Assembly (NCBI GenBank): GCA_024626585.2
Contig: JANKJI020000002.1
Location: 18,257,182-18,280,906 of the forward strand
DNA length: 23,725 nt
Origin: Ginkgo biloba
Lineage: Eukaryota > Plantae > Ginkgophyta
Direction of reading: 5' to 3'
In this document: positions 1 to 12,448 of the stretch, in pieces
Position numbering within the stretch: the stretch's first letter is position 1
How the letters are laid out: each line of letters begins with the position of its first letter
Made by a program: the position numbers and the translations under genes
Notes under the pieces: model-generated
The model's input: only the letters and a program-made list of their open reading frames with translations
What the model was told of the DNA's origin: nothing
Databases searched by the model: none

Positions 1-894
1 GAGGTCATGACTTATAATCCTAGGGTGTTTTGGAGGGATGGATTTTTTAAAGTTCAAGTATTAAATAGAAATAACAAAGAATTCATTTTTAGACATGAAT
101 GGAGAATTAATTTTCATTAATGTTCACGTGAAATAGTGCCTAAAAGGAGGTCTTGAGTTTTAGAGTTTGGGGAATTTTAAGTAAAAAAAAGTGTTCATAG
201 TCAAATTTTAAAATCCCTAAAAGTCTAAGGAGAGTATGTAGACCTAGATTGATAAATTAAATCATCTTAATAAGGATATCATTTAAGGGGTTCCCATAAT
301 GTAGAATTGAAGTTCAAGGTTTGGGGTTTGTAAANNNNNNNNNNNNNNNNNNNNNNNNNNNNNNNNNNNNNNNNNNNTAAAATAATATGTTAAATTTGAT
401 AAGATGATTAATGAGATTTTAAACAAATCAGGATTTCAGGATTTTGATATAGAGACTCACCTTGCCATCTTTGTGTGTTTGTCCCAAATGTCTAAAACCA
501 AAATATGTAAAATACTAAAACCTTGAGAGGATTAAATAGGAATTATAATGTGCCTTTAACACATGGCATCATGAGATTGTCCCTCATCCACATTAATGAA
601 TAGTTTTAAATTCCATGATTAATGTTTATCCTAGTGCATAAGGTGAATTAAATGGAAAATCATAAAGTTATTATGTAGAGTGGTACCATGTATTGCATAA
701 ATTAAATTGAGGGTGTATTTCCCTAGTTTGCATGAATGACTCAATATTTTAACTTTTTTCTCATAGAAGGAGTCCTTTCTTGTTGGGAAATTATTCAGTG
801 TAAAGGAAAATAGATAAGAAAGAACTAATCATAGCTATAGAGACGTTCACTTATTTTTATAGGTACTATTGAGTTTGATACAATAACTTAGGCC

Positions 895-1316
895 ATGGAA
901 AATAAATCTTCAAGGAAATCCAGGGATTGATCCTCATAAACTTCTCTAACCATTAAAATTATGGATACCCTAGATATATGTCAAGTTGATTTTATGATCA
1001 TAGTTAATGAATTCCTTCAAATGGAAAAAGAAAGAATAGAAGCAAATCTATTATGGAAGTCTACTCTAGTCCAAACAATGGAATTGCCTAATAATATGTT
1101 ATGTTATCAGTTGGTAGAATGGGTGGCCTAAATATTTGATCCTAATAGAAGAGTCATAATCACTACCATAGGTCAAATATTATGTTTACTAACTCTCAAG
1201 ACTTTTCAAAAGATATTAAACCTCCCAAATCTCAAGGAATATTTTTCTTTCAAAAAAGAAAAGATCTTTTATCGAGATCATGCCCAAATCTCATAATTGA
1301 TTAATTCTTGGATACA
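895..1316 (+). mobile_element. Decayed accessory (extra) ORF of an LTR retrotransposon, plant transposon-protein-like
   Basis: Manual translation from ATG 895 gives MENKSSRKSRD*SS*TSLTIKIMDTLDICQVDF...LLWKSTLVQTMELP...CYQLVEWVA*IFDPNRRVIITTIGQILCLLTLKTFQKILNLP. It is one long frame broken only by point stops and resembles the extra ORFs of plant Ty3/gypsy elements (recognised from memory, not by search). It runs into a gap. Confidence 0.4.
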
Positions 1317-1458
1317 NNNNNNNNNNNNNNNNNNNNNNNNNNNNNNNNNNNNNNNNNNNNNNNNNNNNNNNNNNNNNNNNNNNNNNNNNNNNNNNNNNNN
1401 NNNNNNNNNNNNNNNNTTTAACTTACCCTTTGAATTATTATCAAATTATGTTGAGTGT

Positions 1459-2039
1459 TAGTTGCCTCTTTATGGGATACATTCTGGCACTGGTGCAGAT
1501 CTATTTTATTAGATGCATGTAATTCTGGCTTCTAATAGTGGAACTGTTATGGAGCTTAGTATCATTCCTATCATGACATCAGGCCTAGTGATATAGATTT
1601 TGGCAAGATTGATGATATTTGAGGTGGATAATAGTGTCTAGGAGGATCGTGCACTCTTGAATGGGGCTCACAAGTTACTTGAGGTTTTTATCACTATAGG
1701 GGAGTCTATGACATATGTTTTATCTAGAATATATGGTGATGTCAGGGATATTGGAGCCAAAAATACTATCCTTATTATTGTCCAACTCTTTTTTTTGCTG
1801 GTATAATTATGATTTGTTTGGATGAGTTACTCCAGAAAGGCTTTGGATTAGGTTCTATCATTTCCTTTTTCATTGCTACCAATATATGTGAAAGTATCAT
1901 ATGGAAGGCATTCAGTCCCACAATAATTAATAGTGGACGAGGTTCAAAATTTGAAGGAGTTATTATTGCATTATTCCATCTTCTGATAACTTAGATAGAG
2001 AAGGTTCAGGCTTTAAGGAAATCTTTCTATAGGCAAAAT
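1459..2039 (+). pseudogene. SEC61A: Sec61 translocon alpha subunit pseudogene fragment (intronless, 5' and 3' truncated)
   Basis: Translation: [70 protein letters not shown]...LIIVQLFF, then a frameshift in the T-run near 1790, then [80 protein letters not shown]. This is colinear with plant Sec61-alpha (about residues 50-240) and carries five in-frame TAG stops and one frameshift. Confidence 0.95.
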
Positions 2040-3012
2040 TAGGTGCGATGATCACTAGTAAAGGAGAGGGTGGGAAATCAACATCAAGTTCTATAAATGA
2101 AGTTGATATTGTAGTTTTATTATTCTTACCAAAGATCTAAAAGTAGTCATTATAGATAAATTTTCAAGGCCCAGTGTGTATTTGATTAAGAAAATTGTTT
2201 ACCTCCCATCAATTTATTCCAAACTGACATTGATATTTTGTATAAAACGACATCAGCATTGGGAGATATTTATCGAAGAGATTTTTTTCATTAAAGGAGG
2301 TTCAATGAAAAAAATCAAATCTATCAGCATTTTATGGAGGCCCACATTGGATGTCGATCAAAAAAATCAAATCTATCAGAGGTTCACCACTAGTGGAGGT
2401 TATCATTGAATGTTCAAGGGCCATTTTTCTCCTCTGTTAGAGGAGATCAAATTTCTTGGAGGATGTTGAAGAAGTACCATTTCAAAAGGCTGCATTGGGT
2501 ATCTATCATCAGAGAATTATTTGTATTTCATCATTGAAGGGATTTCTCATATCATTGTATGGATATTATGCTCATGTCAGATGGAGGAGGAAGTGGTTAG
2601 AGTAACACCATTGAGGAGTGTTGTGACTCTATTTGTTGAAGAATGAACCAACGCCCAATAATAATACATGTTTCAAATTTTTAATTTCAAAGAGTATTAA
2701 TTAAATTGCATGGTGATTAAATTTCANNNNNNNNNNNNNNNNNNNNNNNNNNNNNNNNNNNNNNNNNNNNNNNNNNNNNNNNNNNNNNNNNNNNNNNNNN
2801 NNNNNNNNNNNNNNNNNNNNNNNNNNTCATTGACTGATTTTTGAGATACATTATATCCTTACACCCATCTTAACTAATCGTGGATCCATAATCTATTCCA
2901 ATACTATAATATTTGGATTGATGTAGTCAATGAATACTAATCTTCTATAGAGGAAATGTTAGTTAAGAAACATATTATTGTCATTATTGAACTATTGTCA
3001 GTGAATCCTTAT

Positions 3013-3110
3013 TAGTGGATCTCTACTTAATTATGTTGTCCATGTACTGCCTAACTTCCAAAAAATAGAAAGCACATTTTCTAGTGGATCTCTACCTAAT
3101 TATGTTATCC
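3013..3110 (+). repeat. 29-bp direct repeat, 2 copies (3013-3041 and 3082-3110)
   Basis: tagtggatctctacttaattatgttgtcc versus tagtggatctctacctaattatgttatcc, 2 mismatches. Confidence 0.8.
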
Positions 3111-4045
3111 TCTGATGAGCAACTCCTCTGACACTAGCCAAAGTAAACCTGACCACCGACAATACAAAGAACATTTGATAGATAGAAAACATTGGGTATC
3201 TTTTGATAACATGTGACCCTCCTCCTCTAATGTCTGACACCTTTGTGTGGATACTAATAGATGGCATACTCTCATAACATATCAAAAAATATCACTGATA
3301 TAGTTCTCTGCCAACGAATCTAAACCTTCCTTCGATGGTTGATGGTGATCCCCATTTGATAGACTCGATATTTAAAAAAAAATTAAACCTCCTATTACAA
3401 CCAATAATGACCACCCTTAATCAAAGTATCAAGTGCTTCATCTCCTCAAATAATAGTCTGCAATTATCTTAAAGTGATTTGTTTAACCTTGAGATCTTTA
3501 GTTACATTCCCAATGATTTCTAGAAGTTGTGGAGTGACATAATCCAAAATTACTACCAATATACAATATTAATTTCTCCTACTCTCCCCTTAATAACTAT
3601 ATGAGATTTTAGCAGATGGTGAACGCATCCCACTAAAAAATGGATACCAGCNNNNNNNNNNNNNNNNNNNNNNNNNNNNNNNNNNNNNNNNNNNNNNCAA
3701 ACCATCATTTTAACCTCTATAATTTGTCATAGATGAGGAAAATAGGTATATAGATCATCGCCAGTAGTCCTTAAATATCTAAGCATACAGGGGCAGTAGA
3801 AGATGGTGTGTGTTCTCTCTAACCACGAGAAGATCAAAATATCATCTCTGAAGGATTATAGAAGAATACTAAGGAATAGGATAATTATGATATTATATAA
3901 TTGATAAAATAGGGCCTAAAGTGATTTGAAAACCTTGGTTCCATCTCCTTCATGAAGATTTTTCTTGTTTTCCCTCTTAATTTTCCTTTGTTTAACTTGA
4001 AAAATGCCTCCCAAATTTATCACAATGTAACCTTAGATTCAAACA

Positions 4046-4347
4046 CTCACAGTGGTGCCAAATATTAACATGGGTTTTCCAATGGGAGAGAGCTCAACCA
4101 TAGATAAGTATACTTAATTATTTAAGAGATTCACATAAGGATATAATAATAAATACTCCATTATATAAGGGGCAGCCCCAAACCCAAGACTGCCCTATGA
4201 ATTACATCATAAACCCTTCATTCTCTCTTCTTCTCTCTCTCAAAGATAACATACATTTTACATATATAGGTGGAAGAGGTCATTGGGTGGACCAAATACC
4301 AACTGCCTACCTAATTCCCCATTATAATAAATAATAAAGTGACTTAT
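4046..4347 (-). mobile_element. Primer-binding site plus partial 5' LTR of a minus-strand LTR retrotransposon (Tat-like)
   Basis: The minus strand at 4060-4046 reads TGGCACCACTGTGAG, a degenerate match to the plant tRNA-Lys PBS (TGGCGCCCACCGTGGGG). It abuts LTR-like sequence with a reversed TATA (atatatagg near 4262) and a CT-rich tract. Confidence 0.45.
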
Positions 4348-4826
4348 NNNNNNNNNNNNNNNNNNNNNNNNNNNNNNNNNNNNNNNNNNNNNNNNNNNNN
4401 NNNNNNNNNNNNNNNNNNNNNNNNNNNNNNNNNNNNNNNNNNNNNNNTGTATGTTTCAGTCCCTTTGACCATTTTTGGTCACTCATGGATATTAATATAA
4501 TTATTTTCTTTCTTTCTTTCTCTATTTTCTTCTTTCCTTATAGTTTCTCTCTCTTTCAATATGATTGAATTTTTTCTATATCATTTTTTAATATGATGAC
4601 TCTTAGAACCCATGATAATTCTATAATAATCATTTTCTCTATCACCATAGATTAAAAAGTATTATATTTTTTAGGAAAAAAAGCCTCTACTAGGTCAAGT
4701 AAAATATTGTTGTGAGCTTGAAGCTTTAAAGATGAGAAAGAAGATTAGAGAAGGTATTGATTAATTTTCATGAAGAATAGGGTTAAGAGATTTAATTTAT
4801 AGTAGGTAGGATTTAAATTCCTTGTC

Positions 4827-5761
4827 ATGGCCACCGTGGAACCATTAGGGTCTTTGCAAGTTGGTGTTCAAGCTATTATACCCTATAAATCTCAAGATAG
4901 GCCACAAACAGAGTAAGATGGAATCCAAGCAAGCCCACAAATTTGTACCCAAACTATTCCACAAGGTAAGTCCAATAGTCTTCCCCATCCTCCTATTATA
5001 GCATTAGATCTTGACAAGTTTGATGTTATTACTTATGCTTTTGCCTCAACATATTGATTAGGTATTTCGTGGGTTAACCTCCACCTGAGCTCATCTTGCG
5101 TCAATGGGTGAAATAGGTGTGGACATATTTTCATTGGAAAGTTTTGTCCATTTGCTACCTCACTAAGAGATTTGATTCATTTACCTTTGATAGTGCAGAC
5201 TCTACCAACCAGGTGCTATTGCGAGGGCCCTAGACATGCAAGAGAAACTTGGTAGTATTAAATCGATAGGTGGTTGATTTCTCTATAGAAAATACTATGT
5301 CGATTGCATGTATGATCTAGGTTGAGTTTATTGGACTCCCCCTACCAATAGGTAAAATGCTAGGGGATATATTTTTTCCCATAGGAAAAATTATTTTCCA
5401 TGATCCCCATCGTATGTACAACCCTTGTCCGCATAAGAGGTTTTTTGTGTAGGTAGACCTATCCAAAACCCTACCATTGAAAGTAATCGTATCCTTCAAG
5501 GATAATAAACAGTTTTATCATCTAGTCAAGTATTTGGATATTCCTAACACTTGTTTTCACTGCCAAAGCTCTGAGTGCATGATCAAAGATTATCCCTTGA
5601 TTGCCAAAAGTGGGTTGCAAATCCTAGCTCCTACTCTAATGAGTGAGTCATCTGAGAATAAGAGTAAAAGTGAGTCTAAATCTCCCTTTCACTCCTCAGT
5701 AGAAGAGGGATGACAAGTTATAAAATCCAAGGCTAAAGCCTCCACTAGAAAATAGAATGCA
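4827..5761 (+). mobile_element. L1-clade LINE ORF1 remnant (DUF4283-like domain plus zinc knuckle)
   Basis: The frame from ATG 4827 has stops and a frameshift: ...PPPELILRQWVK*VW...FTFDSADSTNQVLLRGP*...*VEFIGLPLP...IGKIIFHD...VDLSKTLPLKVIV...VKYLDIPNTCFHCQSSECMIKDYP. The end is a decayed CX2CX4HX4C knuckle followed by a Ser/Lys-rich tail, the typical plant L1 ORF1 layout. Confidence 0.8.
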
Positions 5762-8700
5762 NNNNNNNNNNNNNNNNNNNNNNNNNNNNNNNNNNNNNNN
5801 NNNNNNNNNNNNNNNNNNNNNNNNNNNNNNNNNNNNNNNNNNNNNNNNNNNNNNNNNNNNNTCTTTTAATCATTCTCTTTTGAGGTTCCTAACATCCATG
5901 TACAAATGAATTACCCCATTATTATTTTAGATCGGGATGAAGTTAGAGACCCATGTGGATTATTTTATCAAGAAGATAATCCTTGCATTCAATATTTCCT
6001 TAATTTCCTTCTAAATAGTTATTTTTTATTTTGGGTTGATGCTCCTTAACTTTTGTTTGAAATGATTCACTTCAGGCTTAAGAGGAATATTATGTTNNNN
6101 NNNNNNNNNNAATAACTAGAGGGATGAAGATCTTTATTTCATCACAGGTCTATATGAAAACATTCTCAAATTACTAACACAAGGAAATTAGTTGTGCTTG
6201 TTCATCTTGGGTACAACATCCATTAATATGAACAACTCTGGGATTTTTTATAGATTTGATATTGACTTGGACAGTTTCTTGAATAATCTTCTTTGATAAT
6301 TCTTCTCTTTTTAGACCCAGATGAGCTACATCATTTGGGTTGAATAGGGATTCAAGGATGACCAATCCTTTAGATATTTTATTTATACATAGATAGATCA
6401 CCTATTCTTCAAGCTGATCATTTTGATTGATTAGATATTCTTCTTGATCTTCCATGCAATTATTCTCAAATTCCTCTTCATTGCTTAGGAATCATAGAAT
6501 CAGATCATCATCTTCAAACACCTTCCAATGTTTATATGGTACATAAGTTATGACCAGAACTTCTACCTTAAACTTCCCATAAGAAAGAAAAGGATAAAGG
6601 AAAAATAATGATGTTGAAACTACTAATCAATCGACAAGTTGATTTTTGTTCTCTTGGAACAAAACAAATTGAGAAATCTTCAAAGATTTTGATCAATGTC
6701 CAAACCCAACTCTTGTATTTCTTTAGTATATCATTCTTTATAACATAAATTTCACAAAACTGATTTAAAATTATCTCAAAATATTTGTATATCTTTAACT
6801 GCTTAACTTTGAGATCAAAATCTTGGTGTAATCTGAGCATCAAAGATTCATACCCATTTATGTTATTAGTACATTCAAATTAGAGTCAATATGATGATGG
6901 GTGAATGTTGCATGTAGGTTATTCAATAATAATGCCTACACCAACACCAAATTTATACTTAGCCCCATAAAAATGCATTGTCCATATGCTGATTGATTTA
7001 AATATATAAAAGGTTGCACTCCTTCTAACTCCAAGGTTGTTAACACTACATATGTTCATGGGCTTATCTCATCGAAATAAATCTCTGATGAAACCTCATT
7101 ATCCCCTTAAATATATAGTTGGTGTCTGAATTCTCTCTCAACTCATACTAACTCATATTCATGCAAAATCATCATGAAAGTTCCATCCATGCTCATAAAT
7201 CCTCTAAGCGAACTTGTATAATCTCTTCTTGGCAATATATTATAATCTTATGGAAGTTTAATGACTATCACATTCATCATCGTAGTGATTTGTGGATTAG
7301 AGTGAATTCACACACACATATATTGGATCTCTTTGATTATTTTGACTGATCATGAATCTATAAAAAGCACTTATTCAATTTTTTAGGTATATTCTAGACC
7401 TAATCACTTCATAATACCATGTGGCATAATGTTATGAGCTACTTATGTGTCTATCATAAAATTATGGAGAAAATAATTGTGTATCCTGAGAGATATATAA
7501 AAAGGTAAATTTCATTGTACCTAGAGAACCATCTCTCTCATTAACATTATTGTTGGAATGGCAGTGCTCTCTATTAAGGCTCCTTTCAAATTTTCCATTT
7601 AGGCTAGAGTTTTAAGTGCATCTAGTAATGTCATATTAGCAAGGCACTTGGCCAAATCATTCAATATATTATACTCATATGATGGAGTATTTTCAAATTT
7701 CCTAAATTAGGATGGCCNNNNNNNNNNNNNNNNNNNNNNNNNNNNNNNNNNNNNNNNNNNNNNNNNNNNNNNNNNNNNNNNNNNNNNNNNNNNNNNNNNN
7801 NNNNNNNNNNNNNNNNNNNNNNNNNNNNNNNNNNNNNNNNNNNNNNNNNNNNNNNNNNNNNNNNNNNNNNNNNNNNNNNNNNNNNNNNNNNNNNNNNNNN
7901 NNNNNNNNNNNNNNNNNNNNNNNNNNNNNNNNNNNNNNNNNNNNNNNNNNNNNNNNNNNNNNNNNNNNNNNNNNNNNNNNNNNNNNNNNNNNNNNNNNNN
8001 NNNNNNNNNNNNNNNNNGTTTATGGGGTCTTAGGACTAGGAGTTAGACTATTATTTTCAATCTTTACAAGCTCTAGAACAATGATATCCTTTTTTCCTAA
8101 TTCACCCAAGTTGTTCTCTATTATCCTTGTAGTGGCCATCATATCAACAAAATTGTCAATCCCTTTATCCTTAAGGGTATACCTCATTTTAGGATCCAAA
8201 TCCTACATGTAAAAATAAAAATAGATTTCTTCTATGGATCTCATATCAGTTGCAACCTTGGTTGTGATCTATCCAAACCTCAAATTTAATTCTTTAAAAT
8301 ATTCTTCTTACCTCTTGGAGACCATGGTCAAATCCTTTAACAATGTATGATTGTTAATAGGGGTACTATGCTTGTCATTGAATTGATCAATCAAATTAGT
8401 CCAATTAATGATGGAGTTCATAAGAAAGGAATTAAATGACAACAATGCATCATCTTCCAGAGTTTAGACAAATAGTCAAACGATAATATTTTCTATAGTG
8501 ATCGCTTGTATGGTATAATCCTTAGAAAAATATGCCAGATGTTATTATGTATTCATTTCTCCATCTCCTTTGAATTTGGGAAGATAATTTTTCACTCATG
8601 TACTTAAATCATTGATATTGCCTACTAAGTTGAGAGGCCCTACTATGAGCCATGGAGACGTTTCCATTAGTGGTAGAGGAGTTTGATGGGGTGAATATTG

Positions 8701-8926
8701 AATAGAAGGTGATGCAACCTAAGGAATGAAGGGTGTGTTTGGAGGATAAATATGAATACAAACCTCAATATTTAGGTACTCAAAATTAAGGGACTCTTCT
8801 TGTTTCAACAATAATGAGGATTAATTTGGGATTCTATGTTCTTTATCTAACCTAGTATAAGGATTTCTTCCTTAATCCAAATTGATCAACAAAATGAATG
8901 TCTCACATTAGTCATTTAATTATCAA

Positions 8927-8938
8927 GTATGGTCGCCA
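8927..8938 (-). promoter_or_regulatory. Primer-binding site (tRNA-Arg type)
   Basis: The minus strand reads TGGCGACCATAC, compared with TGGCGACCACAG, the complement of the plant tRNA-Arg(TCG) 3' end. It lies 4 nt inside an LTR terminus (...TAACA) and upstream of gag. Confidence 0.6.
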
Positions 8939-8942
8939 ATTT

Positions 8943-9656
8943 TGTTACTTAGATTTTTTGTACTAAAGAAAATAAAAAATATTGATCAAATTCCTAGAAG
9001 TAAAAAAAAAAAAAAAAATNNNNNNNNNNNNNNNNNNNNNNNNNNNNNNNNNNNNNNNNNNNNNNNNNNNNNNNNNNNNNNNNNNNNNNNNNNNNNNNNN
9101 NNNNNNNNNNNNNNNNNNNGTGAGAATATGATACCACTTATAATAACCCAAAGATTTACTTTCTAATAATTATATATAATAACAATAAAATAAAATGATC
9201 CACATATTCTAGATGATTCAAAAATTGATATAATATCAAATATTCATGATACAAATGTTGATAGTCTGTACTAGTCAAAATAGAGATCAAAGAAGGATTA
9301 AGATAGAAATAGAGTGAAAATTTTTATTCCAAACAAAGAGGAATCACCTACTTCCTAACAACTCTTCTTCTTAATAGAATATAAGTAGAAACTATTGAAT
9401 TAGACTCATAAAAAAATGGATGAGAACTTGGCCTATTTATATACTAAACTAAGTTACCGTGTACAAAGCTAATCTTGGATGGGTTGAGGTTGTTACTTTA
9501 TCCCAATTTCATCGTAATACCTTGGAACTAAAGATTCATTAACTTAGATTAATTTGAAAGATATTATTAATCTATTTTAGGTATCTTTTACTTATGATGC
9601 GTAGGCTTCTTAGGATTGATCTTCTTTGGCCTATGTTGTGTTGTAGGAGCACAACA
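8943..9656 (-). repeat. Putative 5' LTR of the Tat element
   Basis: On the plus strand it begins TGTTAC next to the PBS and ends ...ACAACA (or TAACA at 9661), giving TGTT...AACA termini. A minus-strand TATAAATAGG lies near 9432-9441. It spans a 100-N gap, and no partner LTR is seen. Confidence 0.5.
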
Positions 9657-11834
9657 TAACAAAGTTTTTAAAATTGTCTTATAAAGTATATTCTCTAAAA
9701 AAAACCAATAGAAATACACATAGCAATGAACCTAACATTTAAATATTGACCTTTTTTTAATTATTAAAAATAGTATTTGACAAATTTATTATATAGGTGT
9801 TCATTTTGTGGGTGGTACATTTATACTCTGGTGGAATGTTTTCCTCTTGAAAGTTTTGAACTAAGAGTTCTTAATAGGATAAGGCCAAGCTAGCTAGTTT
9901 AGATATTGAACTTGATAATTCCACAAATAGAATGATAGTATATGGCCATTGCAATAAGAAATTGACAAAGTTGATAAGGGCCTAGAAATTAATATGGCCA
10001 TTGTATGCTTTTCTATAGTTATAAAAAATTCCACCACAGAAAGGAATAAATACTAGTGATTCAAGGTTGATATTAAAAACAGGAAGATACCTATGAGTGT
10101 CAAGATAGTTTTTATTTGTTGTGATACCCCCCAAACCATATTTCTTAGTCCATAACTAATCATCCTAAATCTTTTGTCTTGGTTAGCACACATACCCACT
10201 ATCGTACAATCATAGACTAAATAATATTTTGTAGAAAGTGACAAAGGAGGAGAAGTGGGGGAAGATAAAGATAAAAAAATCAATCTTATCCTATCTTAAG
10301 GGTCTAATGGATGGCCCTTTATCCATTGTAGATAGATTAAAATATGTTTATGAACTTGCAAAAATGATAACTTAGGAATCAATGTCCGAAAATCCATTAT
10401 ATAATTTACTATGAACTCTTAAGATTAGTACATACATGGTGGTATTTATTTTTCCTTCAAGTGTACATATAAAATAGTATTCCTTATAAAGATATAATCT
10501 CCAAGATATAATTAATTTCCTTAATTTTTTAATTACAATGATTCTTTTTATATTGCTAAGGATAAAAACACTTAAAGAATTATATGTTATATCTACTATT
10601 CTTCAAAATAGATTAATTTTATCTCTAAAAGTCATTGCAAACTTGATTCCAAATATCTAAATATTTTACATAAAATAACTATAAAAAATTACTAGATGAA
10701 TAGTAAAATCAATGATCACATTAGCTCTATAAAATATTAGGTATGAATTCCATATAAATACTATATTGACCTTCTCTTGTCATATGTTAAAATTGAATTC
10801 TCTCAATGGATTTATAAGTTCTTCAAAAGGATATCAATTGGTTAATGTTTATGTGAAGCAAATTTTTGTAGGATAGTTGCNNNNNNNNNNNNNNNNNNNN
10901 NNNNNNNNNNNNNNNNNNNNNNNNNNNNNNNNNNNNNNNNNNNNNNNNNNNNNNNNNNNNNNNNNNNNNNNNNNNNNNNNGATAAACATCCAAATGATAG
11001 GTTAGGATGCAAATAATATGGAAATTGTCCCTATTAACACTCTTGTTGGTTTGAAAATGTCTCTCCTAATTGATAAATGAAGTTAGGAAATTATATAGCC
11101 TATGAGTGTGTGTAGTGTACAATCTCCAAATTAGTAAGATGGGACTTCGTCTCTCTTGTGTACAAAAGGAAAAGATAGATATAATCAACCTGCTCCATAT
11201 TTAGCAACCACTGATAATGAAAATGCATTATAAAAAAAGGGAATAAACCATGCTTCATATAAAATACTAAAATCAACCTACTCTATAGCTTGTTAAGATT
11301 ACTTTTATGAATGAACAATTGCACACATAATGTTATAAAATAACATCATAGAAAATAACTTTTGTAGTTACACACATCTAGAGGACCGAATAGCTTTTTC
11401 TTTATTTTTTATATGGAACTTTTCCTTTTCAAAATTATAAAATTTAAGTGCTCACTAATGTGATCATTAGATAATTGTTAGCATGCTCAAAGCATGTGCA
11501 TTTGCTCAGCATAAAAACTATGATCAAAGTTAAGCTCACTTTGATGATTAAAGTGAAATTTTCATTCAATATAGTTGAAATGATTATAGAATCAACCGTA
11601 CATATATGCTGCGAATAATATATACATAGTGGGAGCATGAAAGTGCCTAATGTTATGATGATTTCATGATGTCGCCTTTAATTAAAAAGTATACTAGATC
11701 CGCAAGTTGGTGAAGCCCTTCTTCATAGTTTAATATAAAATTAAATGTAACCACTTCTAAAATTTAGAAGTTATCTTTGACTATTATCTTGAAATCACAT
11801 ATCATTAACCTAATAAATATACAATAAGAAATTA

Positions 11835-12348
11835 TGATACACATTATACCACTCTGAGAATATTGCAGACCATTTAGGAAAAGATAGAGGCCAGTCAACC
11901 CCATCCTTGAACCTACCATCTACAAATAAGTCTAGAAGATACTATCTACATGAATTATCTTCCCCATCAAACACTCCACATGGGTTTCCAAACTTATATT
12001 GGTAAGAAAAATGAGTGGGGAACTTAGAATTTGTGTGGAATTTAGTAATTTGAACAAGGCCTCAACCAAGGACAATTACCCACTACCCTCCTTGGAGGAG
12101 GTACTCCAAATAGTTAATGGGTCTAAGATGATGTCCTTTCTAGATGGGTTCTTAGGATATAACCAAGTGTTGGTAGATCATCAGGATAGGATAAAAATTA
12201 CTTTCACCACAAAGTGGGGTACACTTGCTTACAAGAGGATTCCCTTTGGACTTATCAATGCAAGATCCAATTTTCAAAGGGATATGGATATTGCATTCTA
12301 GGGACTAGTTGGAAGATGCATTATTATTTATATGGATGACCTAACTTT
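11835..12348 (+). mobile_element. Ty3/gypsy (Tat-like) reverse transcriptase fragment
   Basis: ...RPVNPILEP...IIFPIKHSTWVSKLILVRKMSGELRICVEFSNLNKASTKDNYPLPSLEEVLQ...SFLDGFLGYNQV...TFTTKWGTLAYKRIPFGLINA...IIIYMDDL. It has the canonical RT motifs including YMDD, contains internal stops, and ends at a gap. Confidence 0.93.
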
Positions 12349-12448
12349 NNNNNNNNNNNNNNNNNNNNNNNNNNNNNNNNNNNNNNNNNNNNNNNNNNNN
12401 NNNNNNNNNNNNNNNNNNNNNNNNNNNNNNNNNNNNNNNNNNNNNNNN

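Larger units (their letters stand above)
5862..9656 (-). mobile_element. Degenerate Ty3/gypsy Tat-clade LTR retrotransposon, 5' part: LTR-PBS-gag-protease-additional RNase H (aRH)-RT N-terminus
   Basis: Minus-strand order: LTR about 9656-8943; PBS TGGCGACCA (8938-8930); gag (LPKFKGDG...LFV*TLEDDA, about 8660-8080); protease (PFYISL...LHNFMIDT*VAHNIMP, from 7505); aRH (WTMHFYGAK...GVGIII...FECTNN...YESL...VPREQ, 6984 to about 6610); linker (KGLVILESLFNPND); RT start (HNIPLKPEVNHFKQKLRSINPK...STWVSN...MDVRNL, about 6095-5865). Many stops, and gaps interrupt it. Confidence 0.88.

Noticed and set aside
1809-1994. 61-aa ORF as a functional small Sec61-like protein
   Set aside because: It is just the longest stop-free piece of a pseudogene. 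Homology continues on both sides through stops and a frameshift.
2176-2409. 77-aa ORF containing a 20-bp direct repeat (2308-2327 and 2360-2379)
   Set aside because: It has a non-ATG start and no homology I recognise. The two-copy repeat is an ordinary local duplication, not a CRISPR-like array.
2827-3651. Weakly coding-like stretch and ORF 3100-3285
   Set aside because: No family motif is recognisable in any frame. It is probably TE-derived but cannot be assigned.
7712-9166. ORFs with long X runs (7712-8212, 8942-9166, 8963-9151)
   Set aside because: Artefacts of translating through gaps. 8018-8212 is the antisense of gag.
9660-11440. AT-rich stretch with ORF 10053-10283
   Set aside because: No identifiable domain, splice pattern or repeat structure.
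11445-11700. Short inverted repeats (ctaatg/cattag; atcaaagt/actttgat) suggesting a MITE, Helitron end or structured RNA
   Set aside because: Stems of 6-8 bp are expected by chance in AT-rich DNA, and no TIR/TSD pair or long hairpin was found.
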